Virus record (IMG/VR): IMGVR_UViG_2585427782_000007 | Reading direction: 5' to 3' (one strand) | DNA length: 14,205 nucleotides | Source: a virus | Taxonomy: Duplodnaviria > Heunggongvirae > Uroviricota > Caudoviricetes | Shown here: positions 6,442 to 14,205 of the stretch, piece after piece | Layout: every line of letters starts with the position of its first letter | How positions within the stretch are numbered: the first letter of the stretch is position 1 | Translations under genes and position numbers: made by a program | Notes under the pieces: generated by a model | What the model was told of the DNA's origin: nothing | Database searches by the model: none | The model's input: only the letters and a program-made list of their open reading frames with translations

Positions 6442-7491
6442 GTGCGGGTATTACTTAGACCTGTTCTGGTGCCTGAGCTTGGGCTGGTGGTCCTTAAGCC
6501 GGGCCGTGAATCCATACAGATATTTCATAATCCTCGAGTGCTGGTGGAACCGGAACCAAAAAGCATGCGTAATCTGCCATCCGGAGTCGTTCCTGCCGTT
6601 CGCCAGCCGCTGGCGGAAGACAAAACATTGCTGCCGTTTTTTAGTAACGAACGGGTGATTCGTGCTGCTGGCGGCGTTGGCGCATTGTCCGACTGGCTAT
6701 TACGTCATGTTACATCCTGCCAGTGGCCTAATGGCGATTACCATCACACTGAAACAGTCATTCACCGTTATGGTACCGGCGCAATGGTGTTGTGCTGGCA
6801 CTGCGACAACCAACTGCGTGACCAGACATCGGAATCACTGGAGCTGCTTGCTCAACAAAATCTGACAGCATGGGTGATTGACGTCATCCGTCACGCAATA
6901 AGCGGTACGCAGGAGCGGGAATTATCTTTGGCTGAATTATCCTGGTGGGCGGTCTGCAATCAGGTGGTGGATGCACTACCTGAGGCTGTATCGCGTCGTT
7001 CGCTGGGATTACCAGCGGAAAAAATCTGCTCGGTGTACCGCGAAAGCGACATCGTACCGGGAGAGCAGACCGCCACCAGCATATTGAAACAACGCACAAA
7101 AAATCTTGCACCGTTGCCTTACGCCCACCAGCAACAAAAATCACCACAGGAAAAGACGGTGGTAAGCATCACCGTTGATCCAGAGTCTCCGGAATCTTTC
7201 ATGAAGCTGCCTAAACGTCGCCGCTGGGTTAAGGAGAAATACACACGTTGGGTTAAGACACAGCCGTGTGCTTGCTGCGGTATGCCAGCCGACGATCCGC
7301 ATCATCTGATTGGTCACGGGCAGGGCGGAATGGGAACAAAAGCACATGATCTCTTTGTGTTGCCTTTGTGCAGAAAGCATCACAACGAGCTGCATACGGA
7401 TACAGTGGCATTTGAAGATAAGTATGGCTCCCAACTGGAGCTGATATTTCGTTTTATCGATCGCGCGCTGACAATTGGCGTACTGGCGTAA
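6442..7491 (+). CDS. ydfU: YdfU-like DUF968 protein (349 aa) with C-terminal HNH-like Cys/His motif
   Basis: Table ORF 6403..7491 (362 aa); GTG 6442 preceded by GGAGG gives 349 aa, the remembered K-12 YdfU length. C-terminus QPCACCGMPADDPHHLIGHGQGGMGTKAHDLFVLPLCRKHHNELH. Confidence 0.8.
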   Translation: MRVLLRPVLVPELGLVVLKPGRESIQIFHNPRVLVEPEPKSMRNLPSGVVPAVRQPLAEDKTLLPFFSNERVIRAAGGVGALSDWLLRHVTSCQWPNGDYHHTETVIHRYGTGAMVLCWHCDNQLRDQTSESLELLAQQNLTAWVIDVIRHAISGTQERELSLAELSWWAVCNQVVDALPEAVSRRSLGLPAEKICSVYRESDIVPGEQTATSILKQRTKNLAPLPYAHQQQKSPQEKTVVSITVDPESPESFMKLPKRRRWVKEKYTRWVKTQPCACCGMPADDPHHLIGHGQGGMGTKAHDLFVLPLCRKHHNELHTDTVAFEDKYGSQLELIFRFIDRALTIGVLA

Positions 7492-7504
7492 GTGGAGAAC
7501 GAGC

Positions 7505-8257
7505 ATGAACCTTGAAGCCTTACCAAAATATTACTCCCCAAAATCTCCAAAATTGAGCGATGACGCTCCAGCGACAGGCACCGGTTGTTTAACAATTACG
7601 GATGTAATGGCAGCGCAGGGGATGGTGCAGTCGAAAGCACCACTTGGGTTGGCCTTATTTCTGGCAAAAGTTGGTGTTCAGGACCCTCAGTTTGCGATTG
7701 AAGGCCTGCTAAATTACGCGATGGCACTGGATAACCCGACATTGAACAAATTGAGTGAAGAAATCCGGTTACAGATTATTCCTTACCTCGTGAGTTTTGC
7801 CTTTGCTGATTACTCCAGGTCTGCGGCAAGTAAGGCTCGCTGTGAGCATTGTTCAGGTACGGGATTTTATAATGTATTGCGCGAAGTGGTGAAACACTAC
7901 AGACGCGGGGAATCTGTAATCAAGGAAGAATGGGTGAAGGAACTATGTCAGCATTGCCATGGTAAGGGCGAAGCCAGCACAGCGTGCAGAGGGTGTAAGG
8001 GTAAAGGGATTGTTCTGGATGAAAAAAGAACCCGGTTTCATGGCGTACCGGTATATAAGATTTGTGGGCGTTGTAATGGAAACCGGTTTAGTCGTTTACC
8101 GACCACGCTGGCACGACGTCATGTCCAGAAGCTGGTACCAGACCTGACCGATTATCAGTGGTATAAGGGGTATGCGGACGTCATTGGTAAACTGGTAACA
8201 AAGTGCTGGCAGGAAGAAGCATACGCGGAAGCGCAATTGAGGAAGGTGACGAGATAA
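7505..8257 (+). CDS. quuQ: Q-type late antiterminator QuuQ (250 aa) with four DnaJ-like CxxCxGxG repeats
   Basis: ATG 7505 preceded by GGAG at 7493-7496 (MNLEALPKYYSPKSPK...). Repeats CEHCSGTG, CQHCHGKG, CRGCKGKG, CGRCNGN. Sits directly upstream of a promoter plus short terminator, as for lambdoid Q. Confidence 0.85.
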   Translation: MNLEALPKYYSPKSPKLSDDAPATGTGCLTITDVMAAQGMVQSKAPLGLALFLAKVGVQDPQFAIEGLLNYAMALDNPTLNKLSEEIRLQIIPYLVSFAFADYSRSAASKARCEHCSGTGFYNVLREVVKHYRRGESVIKEEWVKELCQHCHGKGEASTACRGCKGKGIVLDEKRTRFHGVPVYKICGRCNGNRFSRLPTTLARRHVQKLVPDLTDYQWYKGYADVIGKLVTKCWQEEAYAEAQLRKVTR

Positions 8258-8288
8258 ATGATTTTTGCTGAAGATGGCGACATGATGT

Positions 8289-8317
8289 TTGCATTTTTCA
8301 AAAAATATGGATAAAAT
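8289..8317 (+). promoter_or_regulatory. Candidate late promoter (pR'-like) downstream of quuQ
   Basis: TTGCAT (8289-8294), 17-nt spacer, TAAAAT (8312-8317); followed about 50 nt later by a strong terminator, the arrangement expected for a Q-utilisation site. Confidence 0.5.
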
Positions 8318-8363
8318 TTTTTCAACGATGGGCTTTGTATACCCGACGTTAAGAAAAAGTAGA

Positions 8364-8393
8364 AAACCCGCTGATGAGCGGGTTTTGTGCTTT
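8364..8393 (+). terminator. Rho-independent terminator (tR'-like) of the short late leader transcript
   Basis: Perfect 9-bp stem AAACCCGCT-GATG-AGCGGGTTT (8364-8385) followed by TGTGCTTT. Confidence 0.6.
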
Positions 8394-8678
8394 AAATGGG
8401 GCAATGGTAATGTTGAATCTCATCCCGGGACTCATGTCTGTTAACTTATTATTTAGCTGGTGACTTGGTTATTTGCCTGATGTTTAAAATGTTTTCTTCC
8501 AGTACAATGTCCCTAAACACAATGAGTCTGCTTATTATATTATTAGCAGAGCTATTACGGCCAAAGTACAGCATAAGCTTTTAAAGCCAATCAACCAGTC
8601 ATCAAGACAGACGGGGTTATTCATAAAAACTCTCCATGTGTGATCCGATGGGGCCTGAAATTAAAGCTTTAATATAGC

Positions 8679-8891
8679 TCATGAAAGGTAAACATTGGCA
8701 GCTGAAGGGCCACGCAGACCATTTATCCGGCAAAATTCCACGCGTAATCCGGTGGTAATTTCTTCTGCATCGCGGAGATTGAGCGCTGAAACATGAAGCT
8801 GGACATCGATACGACCATCGGATGGGGTGATAAGACCCTTGCCGCTTTTGCCGTCAAAGGTTTTGACAATTCCTGTCATTTTACGGGACAA
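8679..8891 (-). CDS. cspF: Cold-shock protein family member CspF (70 aa)
   Basis: [70 protein letters not shown]; divergent from cspB as in Qin. Confidence 0.9.
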
Positions 8892-9191
8892 AAAAATTCC
8901 TTAATACTGATAACTTGGCGCACTATACACACGTTCCTGAAGAAAGCTATAGTTTTTTGATGGGGTTGAAGATGGCTGGATGTCTAAAATAAACATTGCT
9001 TCATATGTTCAACTATGCGTTAATGATTGCGTCGGTTTGAAGAACAGACGATATACGAAGTAGTTTACTAAAGCAGTTCTCATTTCAGGTGTTATTCACT
9101 TATTCCTTCTTTGAGTCTCTCCAATTAAGTACGAAGTCGTTTCTGTTATGCAAACCATTTATGCCGAAAGGCTCAAGTTAAGGAATGTAGA

Positions 9192-9407
9192 ATGTCAAAT
9201 AAAATGACTGGTTTAGTAAAATGGTTTAACGCTGATAAAGGTTTCGGCTTTATTTCTCCTGTTGATGGTAGTAAAGATGTGTTTGTGCATTTTTCTGCGA
9301 TTCAGAATGATAATTATCGAACCTTATTTGAAGGTCAAAAGGTTACCTTCTCTATAGAGAGTGGTGCTAAAGGTCCTGCAGCAGCAAATGTCATCATTAC
9401 TGATTAA
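9192..9407 (+). CDS. cspB: Cold-shock protein CspB (71 aa)
   Basis: [71 protein letters not shown]; SD AAGGAA; roughly 300-bp upstream region typical of csp leaders. Confidence 0.9.
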   Translation: MSNKMTGLVKWFNADKGFGFISPVDGSKDVFVHFSAIQNDNYRTLFEGQKVTFSIESGAKGPAAANVIITD

Positions 9408-9688
9408 AATTCATCGCTCGTCTGTATACGATAACGAAGAAGGCTGATGCCTGAGTAGAGATACGGACAGAGTAGTGAATATTGGATCTCTTTAATAAAA
9501 AGTAAGGAGGTCCAATACATGAAACAATGGCTAGCATATTTGGCAAAATCTTAATCAGGAAAAGTATGCTAACCATTGTGGTGAAGTGCAGGTTTGCTGC
9601 ATGAATAGTTTTACAGCAGAAGCTAACTGCTGGCATGGCAAAACAAAGTGCGTAAGTGGATGACTCCCACAAAAAGCACCACAATCTC

Positions 9689-9712
9689 AAACCCGCTCAG
9701 GCGGGTTTTTTA
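9689..9712 (+). terminator. Rho-independent terminator about 280 nt downstream of cspB
   Basis: AAACCCGC-TCAG-GCGGGTTT hairpin followed by TTTTTTATT. No terminator is visible directly after the cspB stop. Confidence 0.55.
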
Positions 9713-9770
9713 TTATCTGCTTTAAATATATTATTAAAATATAAAAAATACTTGTTACTAATAAAATCAA

Positions 9771-9941
9771 TCAGGCTACAGCTTTAAGATTTGTCTGGAA
9801 TACTTTGTTGCAATGAGGGCAGATCAAAAGGGCACCTTTTTGTACTCTTGAAAAACTGTGTTCTGACTCTTGGGTGCAGTTTGGGCAGGAACATTTAACG
9901 AGATAATTACGGCGTGATTTTGAGTTTTTACGTTCTGACAT
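9771..9941 (-). CDS. Small zinc-ribbon protein (56 aa), function unknown
   Basis: Internal Met of table ORF 9771..9992 with AGGAAAAG SD: MSERKNSKSRRNYLVKCSCPNCTQESEHSFSRVQKGALLICPHCNKVFQTNLKAVA. Two CxxC pairs 18 residues apart. May correspond to a small zinc-binding Qin protein, but I cannot confirm this. Confidence 0.5.
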   Translation of the reverse strand: MSERKNSKSRRNYLVKCSCPNCTQESEHSFSRVQKGALLICPHCNKVFQTNLKAVA

Positions 9942-10160
9942 AGGCTTTTCCTGTATAAATGGCCGTATACAGTACACTAAATATGAAAACATTTCTCGTA
10001 TTATTATTTTATATATGACTTTCTTTCAAAATAATTACCCACATTTTTAATGTGTATGTTTTTTTAGCGCCGTTGAGAACAACGTGTGCTGTCAAAACTA
10101 CCCCGTAGACTCCGATCTTTTCAAACATATTGCACCATCCGTGTACATCGGGGTGAGGAT

Positions 10161-10376
10161 ATGAAATCAATGGATAAGTTAACAACAGGTGTTGCCTATG
10201 GCACATCGGCGGGGAATGCTGGTTTCTGGGCATTGCAGTTACTCGATAAAGTAACTCCGTCACAGTGGGCTGCAATCGGTGTGCTGGGTAGCCTGGTTTT
10301 TGGCCTGCTGACGTATCTGACAAATCTTTATTTCAAGATTAAAGAAGACAGGCGTAAGGCTGCGAGAGGAGAGTAA
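10161..10376 (+). CDS. essQ: Class II holin / pinholin EssQ (71 aa), phage 21 S-like with dual-start motif
   Basis: ATG 10161 preceded by GGTGAGGA: [71 protein letters not shown]. Met1 and Met4 suggest an antiholin/holin pair; two TM segments. Confidence 0.85.
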   Translation: MKSMDKLTTGVAYGTSAGNAGFWALQLLDKVTPSQWAAIGVLGSLVFGLLTYLTNLYFKIKEDRRKAARGE

Positions 10377-10380
10377 TCCA

Positions 10381-10688
10381 ATGACTCAAGACTATGAACT
10401 GGTTGTGAAAGGAGTCCGTAATTTTGAGAATAAAGTTACGGTAACTGTAGCCTTACAGGACAAAGAACGCTTTGACGGTGAAATTTTTGACCTGGATGTC
10501 GCCATGGACCGTGTTGAAGGAGCTGCGCTGGAGTTTTATGAGGCAGCAGCCAGAAGGAGCGTCCGGCAAGTCTTCCTGGAAGTAGCAGAAAAATTGTCAG
10601 AAAAAGTTGAGTCTTATCTGCAGCATCAGTACTCCTTTAAGATTGAAAATCCTGCCAATAAGCACGAGCGTCCTCATCATAAATATCT

Positions 10689-10692
<4 letters not shown>
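10381..10692 (+). CDS. ydfR: YdfR (DUF1327-like) acidic protein of unknown function, inside the lysis cassette
   Basis: 103-aa table ORF; starts 5 nt after the essQ stop and its stop overlaps the rrrQ start (ATGA at 10689-10692). Confidence 0.85.
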
Positions 10693-11716
<1,024 letters not shown>

Positions 11717-12078
11717 GGTAATATTAAATCGGAACATTTACATCGCGGAATGTAAAATTTAAATAAAAAGGACTCTTCCATGAGCCAAAATTCCTGAAAT
11801 CTTAAGGGTAAGATAAAAGGTCTTAATCAGAATGACACGTTTTATTAATAAATAAAGCTATTCTTTCATTGCTGTGTTTTTCTTTACAAAAGTAATCCTT
11901 GCTATGGGTGGTTAATCATGCGTTAATGGTGTTCTGGTTTGTTACAAATTTATCTGAAGCAGTCATTGTTATAATTTTATTATTTGTACCTCTTGAGATT
12001 TCCTTGTTGGTTTTTCTCTCTGATATTTTTTTTCGGACCATTCTGCCCAAGGGCTAATTTCTTCAAAAGGTAATAATT

Positions 12079-12291
12079 ATGTCTAACAAAATGACTGGTT
12101 TAGTGAAATGGTTTAACCCTGAAAAAGGTTTTGGTTTCATCACGCCGAAAGATGGCAGCAAAGATGTGTTTGTCCATTTCTCAGCAATTCAGAGCAACGA
12201 TTTCAAAACATTAACTGAGAATCAGGAAGTTGAATTTGGTATTGAGAACGGACCTAAAGGTCCTGCCGCTGTTCATGTAGTGGCGCTTTGA
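12079..12291 (+). CDS. cspI: Cold-shock protein CspI (70 aa)
   Basis: [70 protein letters not shown]; about 360-bp AT-rich upstream leader. Confidence 0.9.
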   Translation: MSNKMTGLVKWFNPEKGFGFITPKDGSKDVFVHFSAIQSNDFKTLTENQEVEFGIENGPKGPAAVHVVAL

Positions 12292-12322
12292 GGTAGACAA
12301 TATTACAAACCATATTCACTTT

Positions 12323-12490
12323 AGATGCCCGTGTTGTCATGGTTCCCAGTATAGAACATCATCTTTTGATGTTTCTGACATGAATCCTTTCGGGGCAAAA
12401 TGTATCTTTTGTAAATCAATGATGATTACATTTGATAATATTTCACAATACTTAAATGCCAGCCGTCTGTCGTTGGATTTAAAAAAGTGA
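12323..12490 (+). pseudogene. Degenerate zinc-ribbon ORF lacking an in-frame canonical start before its first Cys pair (candidate decayed paralogue of 9771..9941)
   Basis: Frame reads ...HFRCPCCHGSQYRTSSFDVSDMNPFGAKCIFCKSMMITFDNISQYLNASRLSLDLKK, stop 12488-12490. First in-frame ATG is at 12380, after the first Cys cluster. Confidence 0.25.
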
Positions 12491-12495
12491 AAATG

Positions 12496-12518
12496 AAGGC
12501 TCCTTCGGGAGCTTTTTT
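12496..12518 (+). terminator. Rho-independent terminator about 200 nt downstream of cspI
   Basis: AAGGCTCC-TTCG-GGAGCTT hairpin followed by TTTTTTG. Confidence 0.55.
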
Positions 12519-12562
12519 GCTTGGTGTCTATTCGATGGATACTCACATACTACGGTAACATC

Positions 12563-12793
12563 ATGAAAAAAATCATAGTTTTTTTTAACTCTGAACCAGC
12601 AGTGGTAGTGCCAGCGATGACTGGAGTTAACACCATCATGCGTGAATATCCAAATGGCGAAAAAACACACCTTACTGTAATGGCCGCAGGGTTTCCATCT
12701 CTGACCGGAGATCATAAAGTCATTTATGTAGCCGCGGATCGACATGTTACTTCAGAAGAAATTCTGGAAGCAGCAATAAGGCTCTTGAGTTGA
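12563..12793 (+). CDS. YnfN-like small protein (76 aa from ATG 12563; 51 aa from ATG 12638, which has a GGAG SD)
   Basis: Table ORF 12521..12793; position between cspI and gnsB matches ynfN in Qin from memory, and the 51-aa internal start matches the length I recall for YnfN. Confidence 0.5.
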   Translation: MKKIIVFFNSEPAVVVPAMTGVNTIMREYPNGEKTHLTVMAAGFPSLTGDHKVIYVAADRHVTSEEILEAAIRLLS

Positions 12794-12961
12794 TTTGATG
12801 CTATTGCATTGATAATTCAGGAAAATTCTCTTTGTCTGTTTGTGTAAAATTTAGACTATCGTATGTTGATTATTGCGATGTTTCATCTTATCTTTTACAC
12901 GTTTGCACCATATAATCGACTTACTGTGTAACTGGAAAGTCATAACAGACTAAAAGAGGAA

Positions 12962-13138
12962 ATGATGAATATTGAAAACTTAAAAACAAAAGCAGAAGCA
13001 GATATTTCTGAATATATAACAAAAAAAATTATTGAACTTAAGAAAAAGACCGGGAAAGAAGTTACCAGTATTCAGTTTACCGCACGGGAAAAAATGACGG
13101 GTCTTGAAAGCTATGATGTCAAGATTAATTTAATCTGA
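12962..13138 (+). CDS. gnsB: GnsB (Gns family small protein, 57-58 aa)
   Basis: Below the table cutoff; read manually: MMNIENLKTKAEADISEYITKKIIELKKKTGKEVTSIQFTAREKMTGLESYDVKINLI, stop TGA 13136-13138, SD AGAGGA. Tandem ATGs at 12962 and 12965. Confidence 0.8.
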   Translation: MMNIENLKTKAEADISEYITKKIIELKKKTGKEVTSIQFTAREKMTGLESYDVKINLI

Positions 13139-13289
13139 TGTATTCAATAATAAAATTTATCCATAAACCTCGTTTTTACGGGGTTTTGTTATATTTGAAT
13201 GGTTCCGAATATCTAAATCACAATTGTTGATGGTTTTTATTAAACCAATGCAGTCCGGCTCAGGAGTGAGAGAAGCCGGACGTTATGGT

Positions 13290-13700
13290 TTAGCGTGGTA
13301 AGATCTGTGTAGTTTTCTGGATGCTTTCAGTAAATAGTAATGAATTATCAAAGGTATAGTAATATCTTTTTTGTTCGTGGATATTTGTAACCCACCGAAA
13401 AACTCCTGCTTTAGCAAGGTTTCTTCTGTATTCCTGAAATGTGATCTCTCTGGATTTCAGCTTATTAGAGGTCGTTTCTATAAGATGCCTATCCTTTGAA
13501 AATTTGACAGACACAATGTTTTTTAGGCCCTTTAATAACACTGTATTATCATTTTTTAATACAATATGAACATTCTCTGTGGCTAAATAGTAAATGTAAT
13601 GTGAGACATTGTGACGTTTTAGCTCAGAATAAAACCATTGATAGTTTAAATCGTTTCGAACTTTATCAAATATTTGTTTAAAAATGACTACCTGATCCAT
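13290..13700 (-). CDS. ydfO: YdfO (DUF1398) hypothetical protein (136 aa; table ORF extends 5 codons further to 13715)
   Basis: Second Met [30 protein letters not shown]... is preceded by GAAGG and gives 136 aa, matching remembered ydfO length. Confidence 0.8.
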
Positions 13701-13757
13701 AGATAAACCTTCCATGTGATATGAGGGGGCGTAGTCTGCACGATTATCTAAATTGCT

Positions 13758-13991
13758 TCAATCTGGTCTGACCTGTTTTCTGAGCAATTCAGTAATGTCA
13801 CTCTTTTCTTTGTTTGCTTCAGAAGAAACTCTTTTTTCTGAGCACAGTCTCCGGCGGCAGGCTTCAATGACCCAGGCTGAGAAATTCCCGGACCCTTTTT
13901 GCTCAAGAGCGATGTTAATTTGTTCAATCATTTGGTTAGGAAAGCGGATGTTGCGGGTTGTTGTTCTGCGGGTTCTGTTCTTCGTTGACAT
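13758..13991 (-). CDS. ynfO: YnfO-like small protein (77 aa), possible ribbon-helix-helix fold
   Basis: MSTKNRTRRTTTRNIRFPNQMIEQINIALEQKGSGNFSAWVIEACRRRL...; sits between ydfO and cos, as ynfO does in Qin. Confidence 0.65.
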   Translation of the reverse strand: MSTKNRTRRTTTRNIRFPNQMIEQINIALEQKGSGNFSAWVIEACRRRLCSEKRVSSEANKEKSDITELLRKQVRPD

Positions 13992-14040
13992 GAGGTTGCC
14001 CCGTATTCAGTGTCGCTGATTTGTATTGTCTGAAGTTGTT

Positions 14041-14205
14041 TTTACGTTAAGTTGATGCAGATCAATTAATATGATACCTGCGTCATAATTGATTATTTGA
14101 CGTGGTTTGATGGCGTAGATGCACGTTGTGACATGCAGATGATAATTATTATCATTTTGCGGGTCCTTTCCGGCGATCCGACAGGTTACGGGGCGGCGAC
14201 CTCGC
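14041..14205 (+). other. Lambda-type cos region (right-end cosQ-side sequence plus cosN 12-nt cohesive end at 14191-14202)
   Basis: GGGCGGCGACCT at 14191-14202, preceded by ...TTTTGCGGGTCCTTTCCGGCGATCCGACAGGTTACG, nearly identical to the phage lambda right end and cohesive end as I remember them. Confidence 0.8.

Noticed and set aside
8096-8404. 102-aa minus-strand ORF over the quuQ 3' end and late promoter
   Set aside because: Overlaps a well-supported CDS and a promoter/terminator region; no SD.
9554-9660. Attenuator-like alternative hairpins after the mini-ORF
   Set aside because: Only one hairpin (9614-9632) is well supported; the alternative pairing has 4 bp or fewer, so a switch cannot be claimed.
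13753-14019. 88-aa plus-strand ORF
   Set aside because: Antisense to the ynfO-like gene, which has the better start context and matching synteny.

Overview
This window reads as a reverse-oriented segment of a Qin-like lambdoid cryptic prophage (phage 21/82 type) from Escherichia or Shigella, recognised from my memory of E. coli K-12 Qin gene order and protein sequences, not from any search. Left to right: a partial ydfE-like gene, ydfD and dicB (minus strand), about 1.3 kb of poorly coding DNA holding an amber-interrupted ORF and a small membrane-protein ORF, an inserted DDE transposase, flxA with a near-consensus sigma-28 promoter, ydfV, the relB-relE-hokD toxin-antitoxin operon, rem, a 92-aa ORF, ydfU (DUF968, HNH-like), the Q antiterminator quuQ, a late promoter and short terminator, cold-shock genes cspF/cspB, a small zinc-ribbon ORF, the lysis cassette essQ-ydfR-rrrQ-rzpQ/rzoQ, cspI, ynfN-like, gnsB, ydfO, ynfO, and a lambda-type cos site at the 3' edge. 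No tRNA, rRNA or CRISPR array was seen. The least explained parts are the region between dicB and the transposase (no dicA/dicC-sized repressor ORF), the unknown gene ydfR inside the lysis cassette, the zinc-ribbon ORF and its decayed copy, and several candidate small ORFs. All gene symbols are recollection-based and need homology confirmation.
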